A stretch of DNA of 64,000 bases from Podarcis tiliguerta (lineage: Eukaryota), in assembly GCA_965153285.1 (NCBI GenBank), contig OZ229115.1; one strand, written 5' to 3'. The notes under the pieces are model-generated. The model saw only the letters and a list, made by a program, of their open reading frames with translations, made no database searches and was not told the origin of the DNA. How positions within the stretch are numbered: the stretch's first letter is position 1; every line of letters starts with the position of its first letter. The translations under genes were made by a program, and so were the position numbers. Shown in pieces: positions 22,890 through 35,071 of this stretch.

Positions 22890-24120
22890 TTCTTTATTTT
22901 CTTCTAGGTTTGTATCTTGCCTTATTGCTGAGGTCTCAAGCTGGCAAACAAAAACAAATATTAAAAACAACCAGGAGAAATAACAATAAAAACAGATGCC
23001 TTCAAAAGGACACTTGAGATTGTGCTGGGCACCTAAAAGAGTATACAGTGGTACTTTGGGTTACATACACTTCAGGTTACATACGCTTCAGGTTACAGAC
23101 TCCGCTAACCCAGAAATAGTACCTCGGGTTAAGAACTTTGCTTCAGGATGAGAACAGAAATCGTGCTCTGGTGGCGCAGCGGGAGGCCCCATTAGCTAAA
23201 GTGGTGCTTCAGGTTAAGAACAGTTTCAGGTTAAGAACAGACCTCCTGAACGAATTAAGTACTTAACCCGAGGTACCACTGTAATGCCAGCAGTTGATGA
23301 ACGTAACATGAGAACAAGGTTGAAAGTTTGAGTCCCATCCCAGAAAAGACCCTGTCTCCTTTCTGGTAGCTATGGACTGAACTTCATGTGGCAGAAGCAC
23401 TTGGACAGGCAGGCTTGCATAGGAGAAGATAGTCCTTCAGATACTCAGATTCTAGGCCGATCAAGGCTTTAAATGCCCAAACCATCATGTTGAATTGTAC
23501 TTGGAAGCAGACTAGTAGACACTAGCGTAGTACTTTACTTATTTAATTTCTAGACTGTCCTTCATCTGTTAGGATCACAGTGTGGTATACAAAATTCATT
23601 TTAAAATGACAATGAACCTAATCTTAAAAATAAACCAATGAATGCAACCAAATGGTTAAAACAACAATCCAGTGACTATATTTCTGCAGCAAACCGAACA
23701 TTTCAGTTTCAGCTAGTATCATCAAACAGCTCAACTCAATATCCTTCCATGTTCGTCCCAGCCAAGATGCAAAGGTAAGTTTCAAAGCAATGGTGGAGCC
23801 TCACAAACGAAAGATGCCATACATGCCTCCAGGAAGTTGCATGTTCATGGTGAATGTTGCCAGTTAACAATTTGGCCATCACATTTTGATCCTGGTGTAA
23901 TTTCTGTACTGTCTTCAAAGTCAGGTCCATGTACAATTCATTGCAGTAATCTATCTTGGATATTACTAGGCCATGGATTACTGTATCTAGATATTTTTTC
24001 TTCAGAGAGAGATGTAGGCTGTATGCTATGCTGACACTGGTAAAAGACTCAGCAAGCTATCATTGTGAGCACCCACTAACAAAGCTAGATCAAACAGAAC
24101 TCCAGACTGGGCCTCAATAC
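22890..24120 (-). mobile_element. Degenerate L2-like LINE fragment (ORF2 C-terminal region) with later insertions
   Basis: Minus-strand translation gives LVISKIDYCNELYMDLTLKTVQKLHQDQNVMAKLLTG (cf. L2 motif SRLDYCN.L..GLP....KLQ.VQNAAARL.TG) and, nearer 23430-23520, VCFQVQFNMMVWAFKALIGLESEYLKDYL. Confidence 0.7.
23046..23281. mobile_element. Tc1/mariner-type non-autonomous element (MITE), 236 bp
   Basis: TIRs cagtggtactttgggtta / taacccgaggtaccactg, TA dinucleotides on both sides (23044-45, 23282-83), internal repeats of ttcaggtta. Confidence 0.88.
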
Positions 24121-24199
24121 ATTTCAGTTTTTAAGACTTGCTAATTGCATTTATATAGTTTTCTTACTTTAAGATGTTCAGGGTAGTAAAGAAGTGATC

Positions 24200-24325
24200 C
24201 ATTCTCTCCCCCTTACTGTCCCCCAACAAAGCTATGAGGTTGGTTAGGGTGTAAGAGAATGACTGTCTCAGGATCACTCAGGCATCTTCATAACTGATCA
24301 AGAAAAGCCCAGGTCTCTACACCCT
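24200..24325 (-). mobile_element. MIR/CORE-like SINE fragment, degenerate
   Basis: caacaaagctatgaggttggttaggg...gaatgactgtctcaggatcactcagg...cccaggtctc; resembles the copy at 39805-39935. Confidence 0.5.
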
Positions 24326-25058
24326 CTATCAGGAGTTTCCCGTGGTAGAATTCTCATCAGAATCAGTCCATTTTGTCTTGTCACTTGGGCATCAATAACT
24401 AATTTTAAAATTTGCATTTATCATTGATGCCCAAGTGACCAGACACATAAGCTGTGGTGTGGGAAATAGCCATTGTTGGTGACAGCTACTTGATAAAGTC
24501 TGAGAACAGTGGGGAAGCATGCTATTGGGCCATGGTTCTGAAGGCAGCCATGCTCTAGATTACATTTCAGGAGCCACTCCTAGGCATTTTCAGTAGCACT
24601 GCCCATTCCTGCCAGCTGCTCCCCCCTCTTTCCTCTGAGCATGGTCAGTCAAGCATGCTAATTTTCCAGCAGAAGTGTTGTCATAATTAGGCAGCTTGTC
24701 TGAGGGTTTAGTGGTACTTAACCAGATGTGAAAAGGCTGGTCCCCTGGTCCTGGCTTGCTCACAGGAGCTTTTGCCAGATGCCTTGTCACTGATGTTCAC
24801 ACTGCCCGTAATGGGCTGCCAAGCTCCCTTTCCCACTGCTTGCCTCTCCTTTTATGCTAAGCATGCATTTGAAAACTTTGTCCACAAACCTCTTATTTGG
24901 TTGCCTTCTTAATAAATTTGAAACAACTAGAAAACAGGGCCTGTGTGAGGAGGTTGGAAATCCGTTGTACAAAGCAGGAGAGAAATTTAGGTGGGAATAA
25001 TGATAGAAGCACGCTTTTACTAAGAGAGAACTACTTTCAAAGAGCAGTATATGAGACA

Positions 25059-25175
25059 GGGCCATAGCTCTGTGGTAGAGCATCTGCTTTGTGGCCAGAA
25101 GGACCCGGGTTCAATGTCTAGCATCTCCATGTAGGTCTGGGAGTGTTCCCTGCCTGAAACCCTGGAGAGCTGCTT
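25059..25175 (+). mobile_element. Squam3-like tRNA-derived SINE, 5' part
   Basis: Pol III A box (tagctctgtgg) and B box (ggttcaatgtc), then gcatctcc..gtagg.ctgggag...cctgcctgaaaccctggagagctgc. Confidence 0.75.
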
Positions 25176-25185
25176 TTCAGACAGA

Positions 25186-25633
25186 CCCACATTTCCTTCT
25201 GGGCAACCTTGTGGCTGCTGGGACCAGAGGCAAAAGTGGGTAGAGCAACACCCCTCCCCGTGTATCCTCCACCCAAGCAAACATGAGGCATTATTGTAGT
25301 CCAAGGATATTCTGCCCCACCAGAACTGTTCAAGGAGGCCACAGAGCAGGGCTGGTGAGGGTTGCAGCTTTGGGACAGAGGGCATGGCTGAGGAGGAACT
25401 ATAACCTGAGGAGAAACTGGGCCTGAACAGAGGAGGATTTATGGCAGCCCTACTGGTTCCTTCGCACTGGACACTGAACCTAGAGGGTTCTGAAGGGCAC
25501 TGCAACAATTACATAGTGAATTAAGCAGAATGGACTGTGAGAGGTGGGGGGCACTGAATTTTGACCTTGTACCGGGCTCTGCTGAAAGATTGAAAGAGCA
25601 AAGTCTGCCCCTGGCCTGAGGTTCCCCACCCCT
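25186..25633. mobile_element. Non-autonomous DNA element (hAT-like), degenerate; related to ~46644-47014
   Basis: Shares blocks with 46644-47014 (cagaggcaaaagtggg.agagca; caagcaa..gaggcattat) and ends in gaggttccccacccct. Confidence 0.45.
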
Positions 25634-26003
25634 AGTGTTAAGCAGATTTAGTTAGTCAGGGCGGCTCATATTTTCATACCAAGTGTACCGCAAGAGTACA
25701 TCTGCACAGAAAACACGAGCTACACACTGCCTTGTCACGCTGGGGTGGGAGAAGTGAGGCCAAAATTTGACACACACACACACACACCTCCACCCTTGCA
25801 TTGCCTTCCCAAAGCCAGGAAAGTGCTAACTATGCTTTAGAAAGGAGGTGGGAGGACTCTAGAACCCTGTCAGACCAATCATGCCTCCGTCCCAAAGCCC
25901 ATCTCCTTCATTATCCTGCTTTGGGAAGGTGGCACAAGGGCTGAGAGGGGCGTCACACGTTGCTGAGGGATGCGTGTGGTCCTTGGGCCATGCATTGGAC
26001 CAC

Positions 26004-26052
26004 CCAGAGCTAGATGGACCAAGGGTCTGACTCTGTAGAAGGCTGCATACCC
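26004..26052 (+). mobile_element. Squam3-like SINE 3' part
   Basis: gagctagatggaccaagggtctgactctgtagaaggctgc matches the recalled Squam3 3' end. Confidence 0.6.
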
Positions 26053-29000
26053 ATTACTGTTTACAGTGGCTCCAGTGTGCTCCCACCACTGGTCTTTGAA
26101 GCCAAGTGCACCTGATGTCGGCCACAATCTATGTGTATCATCTCTCTAGTACAGCGGGGGGACAGGACCGGGACCCACAACTTGGCTTTGTTTTAAGCTG
26201 CTTAGCCCAAGACAGCTTCCTTTGTTCCTATATATATTTTGGAGAGGGGTGTAAACACCTTTTGTAGTAGTAGTCTGTCGCCAGAGATAGGACATCTCTG
26301 ATTTGTATGACGCTCCCCTGTTTAGCCAGTCCTGTGTTTAGGCCCAATTCATATGGTCAGTTGAGGTCACAGTGGCTGGCTTCCTCTGACAAGCACAGCA
26401 TTCATTTCATAAAGAACAATAGCTGGTTTGTAATGACTTTTCATACAAGTAAGTATCCTATGATAATTACAGTTACACATGGTAAACAGGGTGGTGAGCC
26501 AATCCTGTCATTCTAATATTGAATTCCTTTCCTGACAAAAGCGTCTCCTGATGCATCTGAGGGGTGTGCCGGATCTAGCTGGTGGGAAATAGGGTAATTT
26601 GCTATCAGTAATTTTATGCCTCTTCTCCTGGTAATGAGAGACCAGCTTTAACTTTGGTACAGAATATTATGAAACAGCCCCCAGATTTTCCAAGCAATGC
26701 ATTTAAATCAACTTCAACTAGGTGTAAATTGGGCACATACTCAGCATCAGCTAACATAAAAACTTTGAGACACTTTAATTACTCCTTGCACAACCCAGGG
26801 TAGTTAAAGAGTGAGAAAATAACAGATTTCTCCCCACTTCTCAATGCATGCTGATGGATGGATTGTAAATGGCTGGCTACTACATAGATTGCACCCTAGG
26901 TCTTGTATGCATAAGTCTGAGATTTCATTTTTTTCCCCACAAGAAGTGTAGGGTGCGTGTGTCTGGTTTTGTTTTGAAGCATTGATCCAGGTTACCTTAG
27001 TATCAAGATACTCCTTGGGGGTCCAGTTGGGCGTGTTGCACACTTTCTCGCACAAAAAGTCTAAGCTAACTAGAGAATGAGCACTTGTTTTGCAGGGAAT
27101 TTCTGCATTTTATGAGTACTAAAGGGGGGTGAAATTTGGTGTGCCTTGGTTTCTGAAATACCTGAATGTTCAACCTAGAGGGAGCTCTGTTACACAGAGA
27201 AGATTAACTGCTATTCACACAGCAGTTGCTTTTACAGAATCCAATTATTACTGTTGTTATTTAAAAATTTTATGTGGCTTTTCAGCCAACCCCCGCCCCA
27301 TAGCCCCCTTTGCAGATGGATAATATGCTAGCTACGAAATTTTTCTTGGTTCCTCTCTTTCTTCCATTTTGTTATATTATTGGAATGTCAGCATGTCATC
27401 CATAATGTTACAAAGTAGTGTTTTCTTATAGTTTTCTTGGGTCATGGTTTGTAGCAGCCATGGCTAGTAATAAAGCGTGACCTCTGAAGTTTCAGGCACA
27501 GCAAAGCTGCCGTTATCCCAAGTACAGCACTTTAGTGTTGACTTCAGGAGTGAACGGAAGCTGTTCACTTATATGGGAGAAAGGAAAAGAGTGCGCTTTG
27601 GGGTTTGTCCTGTGCTATACCTGAGCCTCATGCTCCGGTTTCTGGGTCAGAGGTCAGGTGCCCTGCCCTTGAGTCTCTTCCAAAGTACAACCTATTTGTC
27701 TTGCCCCATAAAACTTAGTGGAAGCCATTATGGACTGAAGCACTGTTTCCATAGCCCTAGCCCACCCTCACAGTCCTGTGCTGAATTCTATTTCTGCTTA
27801 GAGTTACATTCCAGAGTGAGATTATCCTCTTTGGTGTAATAATTAGGATCAAGCAAGTGGGGATGAGGATGCTAGCTTCACTGTTTCCTTCAAATGTGAA
27901 GATTTGAAGTGGGAAGTCTGGTACTCGTAGGAGCTCTGCATGTGAGTTTCAGTGGACTGGGGTGGAAGAATGGAAATTCATTCATCACCAGACGCATGCT
28001 CGCGCCTTCTCCCTGTAGCTCCTGGGCCTGCCTCCAGGTGAGAGAAATAGAATGTTGTTCCACTTTCCCCATTGTTAGTTATTGGGCCACTTCACTGTCA
28101 GGTGTGATAGGCAGGTGTCATCCCCAAGTGTAGCATTTTGCATTTCCCATAGAGACAGAATGACTGCCATTATCTGAAGGTGCGTCCAGAAGAGACCTCT
28201 TATGTGCAGTCGAAACATCACTCTTAGGACCCACCTTGTTTTGTGATTGTAATAATTTTAAACTGTTCTTAGTATTGCATTTTAAATGATTGTAACTTAT
28301 CCTGGGATTTTAAGGTGAAGGGAGGATAAGTAGGAGTAGGAGTAGCAGCAGCAGCAGCATATTTTAAAAGCCCAGTTAATTTCAGATACAGTTAAGAGTG
28401 GGATAAGACATGATATTATGATAGAGCAAGTTGGCATTTTGCAGAAACATAATCAATTGCCTTTAATTCTCAATATATTAGCCATTAACTCAGTTTCACG
28501 TTTAGGGTATATTCTAGCTTTGTAAGCTCTAGTTGGGTAGGAGGGACAGGCTAGGGTGGGCAATGTTGATTTTGAAAACATTGTTGAAGGGCAACAGAGG
28601 CTTTCAAATTCACCAGAGCTATCTTTGAAAGTTGTGTTTTTCTGTTTCTGCTACAACAGGAAGTTAAATATATAAATCATTATTCAAGCATCTGTTCAAA
28701 GTTTGTCTGACTTGCTGAGTTTCTAACCAGACAAAAATCAGAAAATGAAAAAGAAGAAGAAAAAAGGACAACACAAATTTTATTTTTTATTTTTTTCTCT
28801 TTCCCGACTGGCAAAGTACTGCTACGGCTGCAGCTGCGCATACCTCTTGTACTCCTTGCCTCTCCACATACACCCATTCCCACCCCTCCCACATGGAGCC
28901 GTAGGCCTTTCCTAAGCTGCTTGGCGTGGTCTCACTTTCTTCAGCAACATTCTAACTTCTAAGAGGCTTAATAGCTAGGGAGATTTGGAGGGGAGTGAAA

Positions 29001-29424
29001 AGGTGGGGGTTTCTCTCTCTTTTTCAGCCCTGGCTTTAAGGAGTTTATTTTCTTAAGCTTATTGGGAAGAATATCGAGTGGACTAGTAAGGAGGTTGTGA
29101 CGGGCAGGCTTTTTCCAGGATTTGGGAATGTTAAATGCACATGCTGCATTGTGGGCAGCTTTCTTCAAAAATTTCCTGGGGAGTTTCTACCACTTCTCGC
29201 AGCTTATTTGTTCACTTAGCTCATTTCTGCAGCCAGGTTGATTGCCAGTGAAATTAACTTTCTGTCCACATTGTGTAGGGTGGGGTGGTGACAGAAATTA
29301 CCTCAAAAAGAAAAGTATAAACCGTGTCACATAAAATGAAGGAGAACCAGGATAGTGACAGTACAAAGAAATGACAGGACAAAGAATGCCCCTCTAGGGT
29401 GAGGGGACTTCTTATTGTGAAACT

Positions 29425-29545
29425 TCCCCAACTTGATGCCTTCCAGATGTTTTCAACTACAGCTCCCATCAGCCCCAGCCAGCATGGTAAGGGATGACTG
29501 AAATTGTAGTCCTAAACATCTAGAGGGTTCTGATTGTGAAAGGCT
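29425..29545. mobile_element. Palindromic hAT-like MITE (related copy ~39138-39244)
   Basis: ccttccagatgttttcaactacagctcccatcag... paired with ...gatgactgaaattgtagtcctaaacatctagaggg as imperfect inverted arms. Confidence 0.6.
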
Positions 29546-32412
29546 GTTGCAGTGAAATGAACCACTGTTGTTACTTTTAACTTGCTTTGTGTAAGCTGCT
29601 CTGAAAAACGTGTTTTCATTAGAGGATGCGATATACATTCATAAAATAAAATAAGTGATTGCCCATTGGACATTACAATGAGATATTCAGGGACTCAGTT
29701 TGTTTACCAACCCTGAGTGCATTGTGGCAATGCCAAGAAGGAACAAAAGTAAGATGGCAAAATTTGGGTTACACTCTGTCACAAGACAGGTCTTCTCTTG
29801 ATTATCTTACACGAGCTCTTAAGTCTGTTGGCATCCTCTGTATCGTGTTAAAAGGTAGCTCACTTTATTATATTATTGGGCAGTGTCCAGGTAAGTCATT
29901 TGTGTAGCCAGGTAACTAACATATGGATGCTCAGCTCTGAGGGATGACAAATAATTTGGTCCAAGGCAGCTCTTTTATGGGATCTTACAATTAGCAATTA
30001 AAGCATAAAAAATAGTTCCAGGCAGCAACTGCTAAATAAACGCTTGTCACTACTGCTGACTGGGGCTGCTTTATTTCCCTGTGTGTTTCCGCCTCTCTGT
30101 ATAACTTACGGTGCTGTAAATGCACAGCAGCTGTTAATATGATTCTGTCGATACATTTACCATGGTGATTTGGCAGTATTTGGCGACTGTGTGAAGAAAT
30201 CACTCACTGGTTGGAAGGCAAGAAAGACAAGCTGTCAATATCTCAGAAGAAATGCTAATAACCCTGGTGACAAATTGTCCCAGGAAGTCTCGAAGGGTTA
30301 AAAAAGAGAGAGCATTTCCAGAAACGAGGATTCTTGTTTTTGCTCAAGTGAAGAGAACTCATCTCTCCTAACGCTGCTACCAACTGCTCTCTTGCTCTAG
30401 TTACTGGTTGTTTTACCGAATAAATATTCATGGGCTTGTGTGAGGTGACTTAGACATGCTACTATATAGATTAAAGTGTGAGGGAGAGGAGATCCCTTGT
30501 AATGTGCTTCTGTCTGATTTGGAGCAATTCCTGATTCCCATTGCAGCCCCACACCCTCATACTGCATCCCACACCACTGAAGAAGCTGCCACAACCCACT
30601 CACCCTAGGAGAGTCTTGTCAAGAGGAGTTGTCTGCAAGGGGGACAAGGAAGTCCCCTTTTTCTGATCTTCCATTCATTCTATGGATCTCAGGATTCAGC
30701 CCTTGATGTGAAGTGAACGTTTCACACAATGAATCATTTATTACTGTTTTTCGACCCCAAAAAGAGCCCTTTAGACAAGCCTTAGATGAAACAAGGGTTC
30801 CTCTCCTCTCATTCCACATTCCACCTGCAGAGGCTAATAAGCTGGTTGTTTTTTTAATAGTGTTCCCAGATAACTTCTGTTTAAATATTTCTTGGAACAT
30901 AACAGTAAATCAAATTACCACCCTTCACAATTTAATCACATGACTCAGGGTTTTTAAAAGAAGTTTGTATCAGCATGAAATCAAAGAGGACAAAGGCTTT
31001 GTTTCTCAAATTTCTGCTCCTTAAGTTTGGTGGAGAAAAACCTGAAAATGTGACCATAGGGCACAATAAAAATTAATAAACCAAAAGCAAAATGTCATTA
31101 TTCTTAAACCACTCCAGCCTCTAAAGAAGTAAGGAGCCCTTAGGAGGGATGAAACATGTATTTTACAAATACCCTGAGCCCTGAAAACATACACAGTGCC
31201 TAAGTTGCAAATGAAAATATGAAAAATACATGATCACTGCTTTAATGTGTGCTGCATGCTTTCGAAATTGGAGATCCATCTGGCTCCCACATCTCTGATT
31301 TAGGAGTTTAGGATGTTTAGCAAGGTTTTAAGAAAACTTAGGAAGGAAAGAAACCACTTCAGAAGGTGAAGAGCCCTTAGGCTTTCTTAATACAGGCATT
31401 TCCCCACTTATGCACGATTGACTTGTGCGTGTGGTGCCAGGAAATAAATAAATAAATAGATTCAAACCTGGGAATGATGGAAGAGAGCTGGAAAGTTCTT
31501 GTTGCTCATCATGAGACCCTCCCCAGAGGCCGAGGAGGATGTCAGTAAGCCAAAAGTGCAGAAATAAATATTTTAAAGGCTTTTTTTTAAAAAAGAATTT
31601 ATGGGCTCCAAAATGGCGCATGGGAGCTCTCGCTGATGTTGCACTATCCCGCTCAACAGCTGTTGGGAGGGAAGCTGTGTTGCAGCGGACTTGGACACAC
31701 GGTTCCCTACATTTTCTCACACTATGGAGGCAAAGGTACAGTATAAAAGAAAAGGGCATTTCTGATGCCTCTTAAATCACCCTAGTTCCCTGCTTTGACG
31801 AGGCTCCCCACTTACATGCATTTTGCTTATATGCACGGGCAGGGATGGTGGGCATTCTAGAAAGCATCCAGATTGGGAAAGGATGCTGTAGCTCTCCTAG
31901 CCTTGCTTGTCTAGAAGCTTCTGTGACCATGCTCGTTCCCTGTGTCTTTGCATGTCCAAACCTTTGACAGGTCTGATATAACATACAGGTTTTTAATGAA
32001 TGGTTTATTTCCTCTCATTTCCTCTTCCATGTGCAAATGTTCAATGTTCCTTTTCATCTGAGGGCATATCTAAGCATGAAAGGGTGCTGGTTCCACTGAG
32101 CCTGTCTCAGCCCCTTAACTGTGTTTATTGATGTACTCATTGTTCTATTAGCATTTTAGTGTTTTTGCAATCATGGCGATAAACAGATCCATAACTGTAT
32201 CCTGCGGGTGTAGCTGCCCATGTACATTTAGATGCTGATGAGACCTCCATACAGAAAGTGCCTCCAGATGTGCCTCCTTGGCAGTGTGATACCAACATGC
32301 AGCGTCCCCTGCAACCAGTGGCTAGGGGGAAACTGCAGGGTACTGGGGCAGGGAATAGGAACAAACTTTATCCCCCCAAAAAAGTGCTGGAAAGCGCCAG
32401 ATTTTGCTGATA

Positions 32413-32568
32413 NNNNNNNNNNNNNNNNNNNNNNNNNNNNNNNNNNNNNNNNNNNNNNNNNNNNNNNNNNNNNNNNNNNNNNNNNNNNNNNNNNNNNNNN
32501 NNNNNNNNNNNNNNNNNNNNNNNNNNNNNNNNNNNNNNNNNNNNNNNNNNNNNNNNNNNNNNNNNNNN
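32413..32568. other. Assembly gap (156 N)
   Basis: Run of N. Confidence 1.
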
Positions 32569-35039
32569 TTTGGTCTCAGCACTGTTTAGTGAATCGGTTG
32601 GGGTGGTGCAATGGGGGGGCGTCTCTGTAACTGAAGTCAGGTTTCTTTTCCACCACCCTCCCCCTTATTCCCTGGTAACTCAAGTTCCTTGAGAGGTGCT
32701 AAAGGCCGCGCTACAGAAGTTACTATATCTTCATGATTTAACATTTTCAAAACGCAGGAGTTTGGGGATTTTAAGGGTGGGATTTTCTTATGTGTTTTTG
32801 ACTTCACCACCAATTAGAATAGATTTCATTTCTCTCCATAAAGAAAACAACTTTTTTTTGTCTTTGTGGTATTGTCTTAATCACCACTGTCTTTTGTGTG
32901 TCTACTCCAGAGCATATGTTCTCAGAATCAAGAAATCAACTGTAATTTTGCACATACCCCTCCCACACCACATGTACTAGGACAAAGAAGCATGGTTGAT
33001 CTCATATTTTTTGTACCTTTGGGATATTGTTTCTGGTGTGGGAAAAGCAGATGAAAGGAAAGTGCATAGTGTGTCTCATAGGTCTCTGCCAAGTTTTAAG
33101 CCCCTTGGGATGGAGGGTTCTCAGGATAGGTCCATTGAGCATCAACCCTTGCTATTAATGTGGAAGGAATTTACAGTCCACCTTCTTATATTGCACTGAT
33201 TGGAAGGGGGGCATGATGGACTATTAATTGCCATCGTGATCCAATGTAGACCCTTACTAGGAAGGATAGAGGAGGAATTCCCATCTCTTGTAGCATCTCT
33301 TCACATCTCCCAGCTTCAGAGTGCAAGTAGATTTAAAAGACTACTGTAGTACCATTAATATTTCGTGTAGGATATATTTTGAATACACTGTGACTAGCAT
33401 TTGGCCCACAATAACTATTAATATCAATAAAATGCAGTGTGTGGAGGTGCATTTATGGGCTTCGTTGTTTCTCAGGTATTGTTGGAAGCAAGGGTGCAAG
33501 CTGAAGGTTGTGACTCTGAACCCTGCTGTGAGTTTGGTAATTGAACTATGTATGAACTTGTATGTTCATATGTATTGAACTATTTGTATATGTATTGATG
33601 TATTTGGGGGTAGCATTCTGGCCCAGAGGTGGACCACAGCATTCCCCCCCCCCCCATAATTCACAAAATAATAGGGTGCATCTGTTGGCTTGTGACATGA
33701 AAATTCATCTGGTTGCTTACACGTAATGAGAGAAAGGTCACATTGGAGTGAAAAATATCTTAGGGGGCTACTTTTTTGTCCAAAAGCCATATTGTGCTGA
33801 CCTGTCCTATGAAGTATTTAGTGTAATGAGATTTTGACTTTTCTTTGGGGCAGGATCTCTTTAGCCACTAGAAATGCAGCTTCTGCGCCCCCTAAAGAGT
33901 TATGCGGTACACTGCTGCGCAGGGTATAGGAATGATATCAGCCATATGTATGAACATTTCAGTTGGGTCATCATCATCTGAAATATTAATGACTGAATTT
34001 CAGGATAGAAGATTAATACATTTAGGTTTCAGGGAAGAAATATCCTTCAAAACCAATGAATAGTTGCTGACAGGGCAGTGGTAGGCAATTTAATCTGCGC
34101 CTAGGATACTGGACAGACAGGTTCTAAAACAGCCAAAAACTGTTATTTCCAAATGGAAACAGGAACAGGTTGGGTGTGGTGGGCTAAATGCTAGAGCCAA
34201 TATATTTCTAGAGCAGAAATTGGTAGTTAAATTAAATTGCCTGTGAAATTGCCACCTAATCATTTATATCTCGCTCTTCCTTCAAGAATCTTGTGATGCA
34301 GATTAAGAGTTTTCCCAGTTTGAGTTAGCTTAGACAGAGGCTTAAATTCTCAAGCTTATGCAGGGAGCTGAATAAGGATTTGAACCCAGGTCTGACTGGA
34401 CCAAATACAATTGTTTATCCAGTGTGCCAAGATTGCTGTCATCGATCAGACGCAGGTGACAGATGAAGTAGTTAGAGATGAATAATATTTTTTTAATTTC
34501 AGTACTTACTTTGTCTGTGTTTATCTTGTGTTGAAGAACTGACTTACAGGGCAATCCTAGCCAAACTTACCTAGAAGTAAGTGTTCTTGAATTCTGTGGA
34601 ATTTATTCCCAGGTAAGTGGGGCTAGGACTGCAAACGAAGCTGTACTTGGTTTGCATGTTTGATGGTTTCTGTTTAAGGCTAGGGGTTCTCAAAGCTTCT
34701 ATGAGTTAAACCTGGGATTCTGAAGAATAGAGTCTATGATTGTAGAGCAACCATAGTGATGGTGCACTAAAATTACATAACTCTCATTGGCTTGAAGTAA
34801 AGAGACAAAAGTATGAATTTGCCACTTACTTAGGTCTAAGGATGCTCTTTTGCCAGTTATTGATTGTTTACATGTCACACACTAAGCTAGGATTGGCTTG
34901 CTAGGCTATTTTTGGCTTGTGAGGGTGCAGTGAGGATGGCTCAACTCTATGAGGGCCACATGCCAGCGGCGGGTATAGCCAAAGCTGCCAGTGCACACTA
35001 ATGCACAGATGTACACACTCTCATTGCACATACAACCCA

Positions 35040-35043
<4 letters not shown>

Positions 35044-35071
<28 letters not shown>
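35044..35071. repeat. (CA)n microsatellite
   Basis: Read directly. Confidence 0.95.

Noticed and set aside
23060-23240. Short spaced direct repeats (ttcaggtta) superficially resembling an array
   Set aside because: Internal repeats of a TA-flanked MITE in vertebrate DNA; not CRISPR.
25059-25130. tRNA-like sequence with A and B boxes (also in the Sauria SINE head near 53760-53835)
   Set aside because: Continues into SINE body sequence and lacks an intact cloverleaf; these are SINE heads, not tRNA genes.
34600-34620. CAG|GTAAGT as a ratchet point (also 13278-13286, 29888-29896, 44845-44853)
   Set aside because: Inside a MITE or lacking an upstream polypyrimidine tract.
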